NCBI GenBank assembly: GCA_963767735.1
Contig: CAVYES010000003.1
Span: 32,001-96,000, forward strand
DNA: 64,000 nt
Source: Candidatus Bathyarchaeota archaeon
GTDB taxonomy: Archaea; Thermoproteota; Bathyarchaeia; Bathyarchaeales; Bathycorpusculaceae
Direction: 5' to 3'
The notes under the pieces were generated by a model. It was not told the origin of the DNA and made no database searches. It saw only the letters and a list, made by a program, of their open reading frames with translations. This document shows positions 21,101 to 30,332 of this stretch, one piece after another (within the stretch, counting starts at the first letter, position 1; the number at the start of each line of letters is the position of its first letter). The position numbers and the translations under genes were made by a program.

Positions 21101-21137
21101 TGCTATACTATTCTTAGCACTCAGAAAACGAGCATAA
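18126..21137 (+). CDS. Secreted, C-terminally anchored surface protein A (PQQ-like beta-propeller + Ig-like domains)
   Basis: Signal peptide ending ASA, repeated TG(K/Q)xxW blades, many NxS/T sequons, P/T/A linker, TM helix and RKRA tail. Confidence 0.85.
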   Translation: MQNLKNKSLAILIAAILTVSIGVSITLIPSASAHTPAWNIPTYAYIEAAPNPVGVGQTIEVYMWLDCVYGASGGTTAAVGTNGYTASTGLLSNDYRFHNYELTITTPNGTSTTTTFAIEEDTTSNQITSFTPTTVGTYTLNFTYPGQVYGANGNGYSGSILVNDTYLPSSAQTTLTVQSTPIPAAITSEPLPTAYWTRPIFGQNSNWYTISSNWLGLGSGGYAGLSTAFGGNAIGPDEALFHADAIGPLTSHVMWTLPIQSGGVVGGNAFFAGGSYPGTGQGVGYYEGTAYQQRFVNPIIMDGILYFTTPIGFTGPGSGPTEAVNLQTGQTLWSSASVPPLSFGYIYNLWNPDEHGTFPPILVASNSITGQYELFDARTGYPLFNVTGVPASTSFSVPVSTTVYSFANTVASNTVAGPSGEQLKYVITNDGTAANPQWFMSEWNMSKLWQYDINPYTGGGSTSPDIINATNGLLIPTLPIPLNGETGTLPTGLSSAPGSVPYGSVLTVAANVPINGVNGVLNSTTYPSLATYDWNVSLPWLNTMPPAAPAVNPVTGQLVNPPAGANPVTILDVNYGDKMLCLNGSFPVGFAAAELPLQLPFSLFAVNLNASKGSVGSVLWTQTYNPPAGNLTVVPGPCDFQNGVFVLNYRETLQYVGYNLNNGNLLWGPTPSQNSWDYYGGPNNGYLSGQEAYGNIYSAAYAGIVYCYNDLTGKLLWTYGNGGEGNSTSAGLNVFYGDYPTFVNAIGNGVVYLLSTEHTVTDPIYKGALARAINATTGQEIWTLPDYTSEFNSMSFAMADGYATFFNGYDGQIYSVGQGSSATTVQAPLTAITAGTNVAIQGTVMDTSAGTQQTQQKADFPSGVPCASDASMTQWMSYVYQQQPEPTNFTGVTVTLTAIDPNGNFVTLGTATTDSKGLFNLMWQAPSIPGKYTVTASFAGNNGYWGSSAQTTMIVQNAPSATAAPTPAPSSVVNTYFVPAVIAIIVIIIIGFAILFLALRKRA

Positions 21138-21203
21138 AAGTCGCAATCAAAAAGTCAAAATTCCTTCCTTTTTTATTTTTTAAAGCATTTTCAAAAAACA
21201 AAT

Positions 21204-21250
21204 GAGAAAGATCAATGGCTGAGAAGGCTTTAGCTAAATTCACAAGAAGC
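21204..21250 (+). repeat. Conserved downstream motif of the surface-protein genes (copy 1 of 3)
   Basis: ggctgagaaggctttagctaaattcacaagaagc; similar sequences at 26639-26673 and 30155-30188. Confidence 0.7.
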
Positions 21251-21403
21251 TTCGGTTTCTATTTTTCTCACAAGTTATTTTAAAACCAATTTTTTTGATT
21301 CAGGTATCATAAAGAAAAAAAACAAAGATGCTGTTTGCGCGGATCGCTTACCGCAGCACGCATAACTCCTTATATAAAGAAGAAAGTAGGTTGTCAAGTT
21401 AGA

Positions 21404-22387
21404 TTAGAATGTGGATATGTATTGTTGTGGCGTCGGCCAGCTGTCCGGAATTTTCCTTGCGGTAGCTTCAATCTTTGTTATTCCGCAAATTCTGGCGATT
21501 TGCTCTTGGATAGCGAATGCTTCCGCAGTGTCTCTTATCATAACTGTCAATTGTAAATCATAATCACCGCTAGTCTTTATAATCGTAGTCACGTCGGGTA
21601 TTTTCGCAAGCGACTCAACTATTGGATCCAACAAGCCGCCAGGAGTGGCAAAAGCTATGTTGAAATCTAGCATTGAGGCGTATCCAATTTTATTTAGGTT
21701 TATTTGGATTGAAACCTTTATTGTGCCCTTTTCCCTTAGCCTGTGATATCTTTTTACGATAGTGTCAGTTGATACTCCTATTTCTTTTGCAATTCCAGTA
21801 AACGAGGCGCGACCATCCAACGTAAGTTTTCCTATTATTTGCTTATCTAACTCATCAATTACGATTCTATCACCCAGTGCAGTGACTGTTTTGCTTGAAT
21901 TCAGTTGATTGATTCCGCTAGATTCTTTTACAGCGCCTGTCAGGTTCAAATTTTCAGGAATGTTTCTAACGCCCGTCCAAATGTAAGTTTTTAATCCCAA
22001 AGTAGGCAGTTTTCGCCTAATTACCTGCTTAACATGATCCAATTCATTTAGGTCCCTTAAAGTTGCAACTGCTCTAACATTATAAACACTGTTATACTGC
22101 CGAGAAGCACGCACCTCAGTTATTTCACCTATCAATTCCATAACTTGGTCAATCTGCTGAGCTTCAACACTAATTAGCAGTGTAGTCAGTGCATCAAAAC
22201 CAAAATGAGCGTAATTCATCTGAACAGTTGCGCCATTAATTATCCCTTTTTTCTCCATTGACCTACATCGTTTCCAAATTTTGTTTTTGGGCACTCCGTA
22301 TTGTTTTGCTAATTCACAATAGCCCGTTCGACCTTCTGATAGAAGATTTTTCAGTATTTTTGAATCAAGCTCATTTATTTTAGGCAA
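21404..22387 (-). CDS. Tandem (double) Lrp/AsnC regulator
   Basis: Two HTH-RAM units: ELDSKILKNLLSEGR and DELDKQIIGKLTLDGRASF; TSGDYDL. Confidence 0.9.
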   Translation of the reverse strand: MPKINELDSKILKNLLSEGRTGYCELAKQYGVPKNKIWKRCRSMEKKGIINGATVQMNYAHFGFDALTTLLISVEAQQIDQVMELIGEITEVRASRQYNSVYNVRAVATLRDLNELDHVKQVIRRKLPTLGLKTYIWTGVRNIPENLNLTGAVKESSGINQLNSSKTVTALGDRIVIDELDKQIIGKLTLDGRASFTGIAKEIGVSTDTIVKRYHRLREKGTIKVSIQINLNKIGYASMLDFNIAFATPGGLLDPIVESLAKIPDVTTIIKTSGDYDLQLTVMIRDTAEAFAIQEQIARICGITKIEATARKIPDSWPTPQQYISTF

Positions 22388-22517
22388 GCAGTTCTTATCC
22401 TTTCGTTTGTTAGCTTGTTAGAATTTTTCAGCATTTAAAATTTCTTATTTTTTTTAGTATAATGGTCAAAACTAAAATTTAGTTAATTTTTGGCTCATTT
22501 GAAGACAGCTGATGGGT

Positions 22518-23492
22518 TTAGAAAGTCGAAATATATTGGCGAGGGGAAGGCCATTTCGCGCGTCCTTCTTCAAATCCTAATACTTCCATATCAATCCTGG
22601 TTATCCCTGAAATTTTTCCAATTTCTTTTTGAATGAAAAGCAATTTATCTATATCCTGCACCATTGCATATATTTGCAAGTCGTAGTCTCCCGTGGTTTT
22701 CATAATACTTATAACGTCAGGTATCTTGCTGATTTTCTCAATGAGCAAGAAGGAGTTTTCATGCGAGGTAACTGTGAAAAAAACACATAACGCTCTGTAT
22801 CCAATTTTGATGGGGTTTACTTGAATTGTTACTTTTAAAACACCATTTTTCTTCAGTTTTTCATATCTTCTATTGGCAGCGGCAGATGAGAGTCCTATTT
22901 CTCTGCCGAGTGTTTCCATGGACACCCGCCCATTCTCAGAGAGTTTGTCAGCTATTTTTTTGTCAATTTCGTCCATAATCATTGTTTGAGAATTACTTTT
23001 TTTCTGAGTATTGACCTGATAATTGATTTCCGCCTCTTCCTTTTTCTTGTCAGCACTTGTTATTGCCAAGTTCTGGTTCATTTCTTTTACATCTGTCCAG
23101 ATTGCAGTTCTCATTTCCAGAATCGAAAAATGTCTCTTAATTGCATCCTTTATATCATTCAACTGCTCAAGCGTTTTAAGGATTATAACAACATCCAAGT
23201 TTCCTTTGACTCCTCTGCTGTGAAGGGAGTAAACCTCTGGCATTTTCCGCAAATATTCAATAAGTTGAGCTTCCTGTTTAGAATCAACATTTATTGATAT
23301 GTACGCTACTGCCTTGTAACCAAAAATCTTATAATTAATGTGAATTGTTGCGCCTGTAATTATTCCTTTTTCTTCCATTTCGCCAATATTTCTTTTTACA
23401 TTTTCTTCTGTTTCGCCTATTTTTTTGGCGATTTCGCTATCAGTTTTGCGACCGTCAGCTAATAGCTCTTTGAGAATTTTTGCCTGCAACAC
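22518..23492 (-). CDS. Tandem (double) Lrp/AsnC regulator, paralog of 21404..22387
   Basis: KILKELLADGRKTDSEIA and DEIDKKIADKLSENGR; shared C-terminal WPxPxQYISTF. Confidence 0.9.
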   Translation of the reverse strand: MLQAKILKELLADGRKTDSEIAKKIGETEENVKRNIGEMEEKGIITGATIHINYKIFGYKAVAYISINVDSKQEAQLIEYLRKMPEVYSLHSRGVKGNLDVVIILKTLEQLNDIKDAIKRHFSILEMRTAIWTDVKEMNQNLAITSADKKKEEAEINYQVNTQKKSNSQTMIMDEIDKKIADKLSENGRVSMETLGREIGLSSAAANRRYEKLKKNGVLKVTIQVNPIKIGYRALCVFFTVTSHENSFLLIEKISKIPDVISIMKTTGDYDLQIYAMVQDIDKLLFIQKEIGKISGITRIDMEVLGFEEGRAKWPSPRQYISTF

Positions 23493-23618
23493 GGTAACTT
23501 GCTCTATTAAGCCTAATGCCCCTCTTATAGCGGTTCATTCTATTTTTTCATATTTAAATTTGCATCCTACATTTACATTTTGCGGTTTCATTTTTGGCGA
23601 ATCTTGTTGCCATTTTAA

Positions 23619-23661
23619 CCTTATATTATCTCCTTTTTTTTATAAAAAAGGTAATTTTATT
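23619..23661. promoter_or_regulatory. Palindromic operator-like element in the divergent Lrp / surface-protein promoter
   Basis: ccttatattatctccttttttttataaaaaaggtaattttatt, near-identical to 18004-18046. Confidence 0.65.
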
Positions 23662-23740
23662 TGCTTTCTTAGTAAATTTTATAAAGTTTTAAATATACAA
23701 CAAAGAATTGGTAAATAAGACAAAAAGGAGAAAAAGAAAA

Positions 23741-26569
23741 ATGTCAAAAGAAACAACGGGAATTTCTAAGCACAAAATACAAGCTATAGCGATTGCTATA
23801 TTCTTAACACTTTCAATGTGTGCTTCAATGATGCTAATGCCAAGCGTGCACGCAGCGACTACTATCCCAAGTTTTAACTACATTAGTGTGTCACCTAACC
23901 CAACAGGTGTCGGTCAGCAAGTCGAAATCATCATGTGGGTTGAGGGAGTTTTCGGAGGAAATGCAGAATTAACCAATACTTATCGATTCGCGAATGACTA
24001 TCAACTCATCATTACTGCGCCAGATGGTACAAATACAAGCACTACTTTCGGCACTGTCACAAGCCCAACGTCGGACTATGACTATTCCTACACTCCTACA
24101 GCGACCGGTACGTACACTCTCACCTTCAATTTCCTAGCAACAACCATAACATCCACCAACGATCCCACCTCAGGCCAACTTGGCGATGAGTATTTACCAA
24201 CGACTACATCAACAACCCTCGTTGTTCAGTCAACGCCAATAGCCGCAATTCCGCAAACTCCGCTTCCAACTGCGTTCTGGACTCGACCTATATACGGTGA
24301 AAATTCCGCGTGGTACACCCTGGGGTCAAACTGGCTAGGATTCGGTTCACCGGGCTACATATCTATCAGCTCCGGACCTAATGCGGGAGCCAACGGAGAA
24401 GAGTTCGGCCAGCAATACCTGACCAACGTAGGACCTCTGACTTCACATATCATGTGGACTATGCCCCTTCTCTCCGGAGGAGTCGTAGGACAAGATGCCA
24501 CTACAATAGCGGGAAACACTTATTCCGATGGATCTGCATACGATCAAAAATTCTGCAACCCGATAATTGTTGACGGGCTGCTAATCTTCACAGAATCAAT
24601 CAGTCAAACAGGCACTACAGGAGCTTTAGCAGGTTCCACACCCGCATATGGACCAACTGTCTGTTATAACCTGGAATCAGGACAGCTAGTCTGGTCAGGC
24701 GCTGGCTCTGAAACCCCCCACAACCCCGTCCCTGCACTATCATTCGCCTACATATACGATCCCGAAGACCCCAACCAACACGGAGTTTGGCCACCAATGC
24801 TAGTTGCATCAGCATTCAGTTACGTAACTTTTTCGACGGTGTGGGAGGTTTTTGATGCTTATACAGGAGATGCACTCTTTAACGTAACCAACATTCCCTC
24901 GGCGGGAGCATCAATGCTGGGTCCGTCAGGCGAATATCTGCAAGTGAGCCTCACCAACTATGGGAATACGACGAATCCAAATTGGTATCTGCAAGAATGG
25001 AATTCATCCAGACTTTGGGAAAACCTATACTCTGGTCCATCAACAACGCCAACATATCCTCCGCCGATAACTAACGCAACCACAACAGTCTTAGTAAACG
25101 GAATTAACCAAGTCGAAGCAGACGACTTTAACATTTCGGTACCATGGCTCGACACTGCAACGCTCAACGGCGCACCCATAGGATCCGTAACTCAATCCGC
25201 AGCTATCTATAATGATATTTTGCTTATTTACGCTGGCACTTATCCCGCAAATAGTGCTGCTACTGAAAGCTTTTTCTTTGGTACGCCAAGCAGCACTCCC
25301 TATGAATACTTTGGAGTCGGACTCAACGCAACTGGTCTCGCCTATGTCAACCCTAGTATAGGAGGAGACACATCTGCAGCTGGATCTGTTAATCTGGGTT
25401 CGGAGTTATGGTCAAATGTGGTTCAACCGCCACCAAACAACATCACTGTCCTATGGGCTGGAATCGACCCTAAAAACAATGTCTTCATCGAAACCTGGAG
25501 GGAAACTCAGCAGTTCGTCGGGTACAGTTTGAGTACAGGCAAGGAAGTTTGGGGTCCAACCGCACCACAAGCAGCACTTGATTACTATGGCTGTCAGGCA
25601 TCAGGCAGTATATCCTGTACAGTATACAACGGCGACCTCATAAGCAGCGCCTACGCAGGAATAATCTACTGTTATTCTACGGCAACTGGAGATATATTGT
25701 GGACCTTCGGCAACGGTGGAGAAGGCAACAGCACAAACTCTGGTGTTGAAACTCCATTCGGTGTTTATCCAACCTTCGTAGTGGCTGTTGGTAACGGAGT
25801 AGTATACGTGGTTACCAGCGAGCACACTGAGGAAACACCGATTTTCAAGGGCGCATTAGCACGTGCTCTCAATGCAACAACCGGGCAAGAAATCTGGACT
25901 CTTTCGGATTACACAGGCGAATTCTTTACTGGCAGCTACGCCATCGCAGACGGCTATTCAGTATTCTTTAACGGCTACGACAACTCAGTCTACAATGTGG
26001 GCACAGGACCTAGCGCAACCACAGTAACGGCGCCACAGACTGCCATCACAGAAGGCTCCAACGTAATTATTCAGGGTACAGTTATGGATACTTCCGTAGG
26101 CACGCAGCAATTAGAACAGAAAGCTGACTTTCCAAACGGTGTTCCATGCGCATCTGACGCAAGCATGACTCAGTGGATGGGCTATGTTTACCAGCAGCAA
26201 CCCGAACCGACCAACTTCACCGGCGTTGTTGTAACGTTGACAGCTATCGACCCGAACCACAACTTCATCACCCTCGGCGAAGCCACAACTGACGCAAACG
26301 GTATGTATCACTTTACCTGGACTCTTCCAAGTATCCCAGGTACCTATTCCGTCACCGCAACATTCTGTGGCTCCAACGGCTACTATGGCTCAACCGCAGA
26401 AACCAACATGTACGTAGCATCATCTCCGGCCAGTCCAGCACCGACAGCTTCACCTGTTACAGGCTTGGCATCGACAGCATCCTTAGAGTTAGGGATTGCA
26501 GCAGTAATAATCGTAATAATCATAATCGGCGCTATACTGGCACTATTGCTGATGAGAAAACGTCCATAA
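23741..26569 (+). CDS. Surface protein B (PQQ-like beta-propeller paralog)
   Basis: ATG after GGAG RBS, signal peptide ending VHA, same conserved blocks as A, TM helix and RKRP. Confidence 0.85.
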   Translation: MSKETTGISKHKIQAIAIAIFLTLSMCASMMLMPSVHAATTIPSFNYISVSPNPTGVGQQVEIIMWVEGVFGGNAELTNTYRFANDYQLIITAPDGTNTSTTFGTVTSPTSDYDYSYTPTATGTYTLTFNFLATTITSTNDPTSGQLGDEYLPTTTSTTLVVQSTPIAAIPQTPLPTAFWTRPIYGENSAWYTLGSNWLGFGSPGYISISSGPNAGANGEEFGQQYLTNVGPLTSHIMWTMPLLSGGVVGQDATTIAGNTYSDGSAYDQKFCNPIIVDGLLIFTESISQTGTTGALAGSTPAYGPTVCYNLESGQLVWSGAGSETPHNPVPALSFAYIYDPEDPNQHGVWPPMLVASAFSYVTFSTVWEVFDAYTGDALFNVTNIPSAGASMLGPSGEYLQVSLTNYGNTTNPNWYLQEWNSSRLWENLYSGPSTTPTYPPPITNATTTVLVNGINQVEADDFNISVPWLDTATLNGAPIGSVTQSAAIYNDILLIYAGTYPANSAATESFFFGTPSSTPYEYFGVGLNATGLAYVNPSIGGDTSAAGSVNLGSELWSNVVQPPPNNITVLWAGIDPKNNVFIETWRETQQFVGYSLSTGKEVWGPTAPQAALDYYGCQASGSISCTVYNGDLISSAYAGIIYCYSTATGDILWTFGNGGEGNSTNSGVETPFGVYPTFVVAVGNGVVYVVTSEHTEETPIFKGALARALNATTGQEIWTLSDYTGEFFTGSYAIADGYSVFFNGYDNSVYNVGTGPSATTVTAPQTAITEGSNVIIQGTVMDTSVGTQQLEQKADFPNGVPCASDASMTQWMGYVYQQQPEPTNFTGVVVTLTAIDPNHNFITLGEATTDANGMYHFTWTLPSIPGTYSVTATFCGSNGYYGSTAETNMYVASSPASPAPTASPVTGLASTASLELGIAAVIIVIIIIGAILALLLMRKRP

Positions 26570-27295
26570 AGCGAAAACAAATCACCACAACTAAAATTTC
26601 CCCTTTTTTAGTTTTTAAAAAGCAATGGAGAAAGAAGGGGCTGAGAAGGCTCTGGTTAGATTAACGAAAAAGCAATAGCCTTTAGCAAGCTTTGCATTTT
26701 TCTTTTCCTTTAAAATTCCAGAGCCTCAGCAAACCAAGTTTTCTCACCCACCAAAAAATCAATTAAGTCAATAGATTTACTTTTGTTAACTCAATTATTT
26801 GGCGTGGTAGCTTTCCACTTTGATTTCAATTGGTCTAAATCATAAGCAACAGCCCAAGTGAATAGCGCGCTGGTTTGTTCCTAAAATGCATTAGCGGTTA
26901 TGTTTGAGGCGGGAGCTCGTATTTTTTGAGTTCCGTCCAAGGTTAGGAGGTGAACCCGAGCAGGACAAGATGAACACGAAACACGAAACCTTGGAAACAC
27001 TCTTCAGAAACATAGAGAAACACATCTTTAGCAATTTCTCCTCCAAATCCACTCTTTTACTTTTTTATTACCAATTTTCCCCGAAAATTTTGCTCTTTAG
27101 AAGCCAATTTTATATAAACTAAACATTATTTTATAAGAATAGACTAATTTGATTACGATATAAGCAATAATGTGAAGGTAAATTGCGCATTTACTAAAGT
27201 TTTATAAGGCAGTTTTCGCTAGCGTTGATACTATTGGACAAATGCATTTAGGCTTTCTGTTCAATAAAAATAAAATAAAATTGAGGAAAATAAAA

Positions 27296-30079
27296 ATGCG
27301 AAATTTAAAAAGTAAATCTTTAGCTATTTTGATTGCAGCAATTTTAACACTTTCAATGGGAACTTCAATGATGCTAATACCAAGCGTGCACGCGCAGACG
27401 TCGTCAGGTACTATTCCAGTGTTCGCCTACATCAGTGCGGCACCTAACCCAACAGGAGTCGGTCAACAAGTCGAAATCATCATGTGGCTTCAAGTGGTTT
27501 TCGGAGGCTATGCGGCTGGTACGGCAACATTAGACAATAATTATCGATTCATGAATGACTTTGAACTCACCGTTACTTCGCCAGGTGGTGCAAATACAAG
27601 CACTACTTTTGGCACTGTTACAAGCCCAACATCGGACTATGACTATTTCTACACTCCTACCGTGACTGGCACGTACACCTTCACCTTCAATTTCCTAGCA
27701 ACAAACATAACTTCCACCAATGATCCCGCCGCCGGACCCCTTATCGGCGATGAGTATCTACCAGCGACTGCATCAACAACCCTCACTGTTCAGTCAACAG
27801 CAATAGCCCCACTTCAGTCAGCTCCGCTTCCGACCACGTTCTGGACACGACCTATATACGGGGAAAATACCGCATGGTACACTATTGCGTCAAACTGGCT
27901 GGGTACCGGTTCGCCTGGCTATGTACCGAACGGCGGCGGACCCAATTTGGGAGGCAACGGGGAAGAGTTCGGCTCAACGACCAACGTAGGGCCTCTCACT
28001 TCTCATGTCATGTGGACTATGCCTATTGCGCCCGGCGGAATCGTTGGACAAACTGCCACCACAATACCGGCAAACACTTACGCCGATGGATCTGCATACG
28101 ATCAAAAATTCGACAATCCCATAATTGTTGACGGAATGCTCATCTTCACAGAACCAATCAGTCAAACTGAACCCTCAAGCGGACCGACCGTCTGCGTTAA
28201 CCTACAAACAGGAAAGCAAATCTGGTCAGGCGCTGGTGCTGCTACCCCTCATAACCCTGTACCTGCAATATCATTCGCCTACGTATACGACCCCGAAGAC
28301 CCCAACCAACACGGAGTTTGGCCACCAATGCTGGTTTCGAGTGGATGGGACTTTTTTGATGCTTTCACAGGAGACGCACTATTTAACGTAACAAACATTC
28401 CAGGGCAAGGATTTTTTGGACCTGCTGCCAATGCAGCATCAATGCTGGGTCCGTCAGGCGAAATTCTGATAACGACCATCACTAACTATGGGAATGCGAC
28501 GAATCCAAATTGGTATCTGCAAGAATGGAATTCATCCAGACTTTGGGAAAACCTATACAGTGGTCCATCTACAACGCCAACCTTGCCTCCGCCGATAACC
28601 AACGGAGCCACCACAATGTTAGTAAACGGAATTCACCAAGTCGCAGCAGACGACTTTAACGTTTCGATACCTTGGCTCAACACTGCAACGCTCAACGGCG
28701 CGCCTATAGGATCCATAACCACTCCCGCAGCTGTCCAAAATGGTGTGTTGCTTTGTTACGCTGGTTTTCTGCCCTCAGAGGGTGAAAACTTATTCTTTGG
28801 TGCAGCAAGCCAAACTCCCTATGAATTCTTTGGCATCGGCCTCAACGCAACTGGCCTCTTCGAACCTGTCAACGGCGGAGCAACAACTACAGCTGGATCT
28901 GTTAATCTAGGTACGGAGCTATGGTCAAACACGCTTCAACCGCCAACAAACGACCTCACTGTCCTATGGGCTGGAATCGACCCAGTTACCAATGTCTTCG
29001 TTCTAAACTACAGGGAAACTGTCCAGTTTGTCGGGTTCAGTTTGCTTACAGGCAAGCAAATTTGGGGTCCAACCACACCACAAGCGCCACTTGATTACTA
29101 TGGCTCAGACGGGTCAGGCAGTATAAGCGATACAATTGCTTACGGCAACATCTACAGCAGCGCCTACGCAGGAATAGTCTACTGCTACAGCGACACGACC
29201 GGAAATCTAGTGTGGACCTACGGCAACGGCGGAGAAGGCAACAGCACAAACTCTGGTGTTGAAACTCCATTCGGTTATAACCCAACCTTCGTAAGTGCTA
29301 TCGGTTCAGGAGTAGTATACACGATTACGACCGAGCACACTGAGGAAGAACCGATTTTCAAGGGTGCAGTCGCAACTGCTTTAAATGCAACAACTGGACA
29401 ACAAATCTGGACTCTTTCGGATTACACAGGCGAATTCCTAGCTGGTAGCTACGCCATCGCAGACGGCTATTCAGTATTCAATAACGGCTACGACAACTCA
29501 ATCTACACTGTAGGCCAAGGACCTAGCGCAGCCACCGTACAGGCACCACAGACCGCTATTACAGCAGGTACCAACGTTGCTATACAAGGAACAGTGATGG
29601 ATACTTCTGCAGGCACGCAACAAACTCAACAGTTAGCTGACTTTCCACATGGCGTTCCATGCGCATCTGACGCAAGCATGACTCAATGGATGGAATACGT
29701 TTACGATCAGCAACCAGAACCAACCAACTTCACAGGCGTAACAGTAACTTTAACCGCCATTGACCCCAACGGCAACTTCGTTACCCTCGGCACCGCCACA
29801 AGTGATTCAAGCGGCTTATACCACCTCACTTGGACTCCTCCGAGCATTCCAGGAACCTACTTAGTCACTGCAACTTTCGCTGGCAACAACGGCTACTACG
29901 GATCAAGCGCACAAACTACCATGGTCGTGCAAAACGCGCCTTCAGCTACCAGTTCACCTACACCCGCTCCAGCATCAAACACTAATACATACGTCTTAGG
30001 CCTAGGTATCGCTATCATAATCGTAATCATAGTAGTCGGCGCCGTATTGGCATTGCTAATGCTAAGAAAAAAACCATAA
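27296..30079 (+). CDS. Surface protein C (PQQ-like beta-propeller paralog, mosaic of A and B)
   Basis: MRNLKSKSLAILIAAILT resembles A, the body resembles B, the C-terminal domain resembles A; TM helix and RKKP. Confidence 0.85.
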   Translation: MRNLKSKSLAILIAAILTLSMGTSMMLIPSVHAQTSSGTIPVFAYISAAPNPTGVGQQVEIIMWLQVVFGGYAAGTATLDNNYRFMNDFELTVTSPGGANTSTTFGTVTSPTSDYDYFYTPTVTGTYTFTFNFLATNITSTNDPAAGPLIGDEYLPATASTTLTVQSTAIAPLQSAPLPTTFWTRPIYGENTAWYTIASNWLGTGSPGYVPNGGGPNLGGNGEEFGSTTNVGPLTSHVMWTMPIAPGGIVGQTATTIPANTYADGSAYDQKFDNPIIVDGMLIFTEPISQTEPSSGPTVCVNLQTGKQIWSGAGAATPHNPVPAISFAYVYDPEDPNQHGVWPPMLVSSGWDFFDAFTGDALFNVTNIPGQGFFGPAANAASMLGPSGEILITTITNYGNATNPNWYLQEWNSSRLWENLYSGPSTTPTLPPPITNGATTMLVNGIHQVAADDFNVSIPWLNTATLNGAPIGSITTPAAVQNGVLLCYAGFLPSEGENLFFGAASQTPYEFFGIGLNATGLFEPVNGGATTTAGSVNLGTELWSNTLQPPTNDLTVLWAGIDPVTNVFVLNYRETVQFVGFSLLTGKQIWGPTTPQAPLDYYGSDGSGSISDTIAYGNIYSSAYAGIVYCYSDTTGNLVWTYGNGGEGNSTNSGVETPFGYNPTFVSAIGSGVVYTITTEHTEEEPIFKGAVATALNATTGQQIWTLSDYTGEFLAGSYAIADGYSVFNNGYDNSIYTVGQGPSAATVQAPQTAITAGTNVAIQGTVMDTSAGTQQTQQLADFPHGVPCASDASMTQWMEYVYDQQPEPTNFTGVTVTLTAIDPNGNFVTLGTATSDSSGLYHLTWTPPSIPGTYLVTATFAGNNGYYGSSAQTTMVVQNAPSATSSPTPAPASNTNTYVLGLGIAIIIVIIVVGAVLALLMLRKKP

Positions 30080-30332
30080 GCTAAAGAAGCCAAACAAAAA
30101 AATACTTTCCCTTTTCTTTTTTTAGTCATATCAAAGCATCGGAGAAGAAAACAGGTCTGAGAAGACTCTGGTTAAATTCACGAAAAGCAATCACTTTTGG
30201 ATTTTAAGTGGTCTAAACCATAAGTAACAGCCTAAGTGAATGATTATCAAAAACTTTAACACTAACCAACAAAAAAAGTCGGTGCATAGGGATTAAATTC
30301 TAATACATTCTGTTTGGCTTTTTGCTTGTAAT

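Noticed and set aside
18126-30079. Diversity-generating retroelement acting on the surface proteins
   Set aside because: No reverse transcriptase in the window, and differences between paralogs do not look adenine-specific
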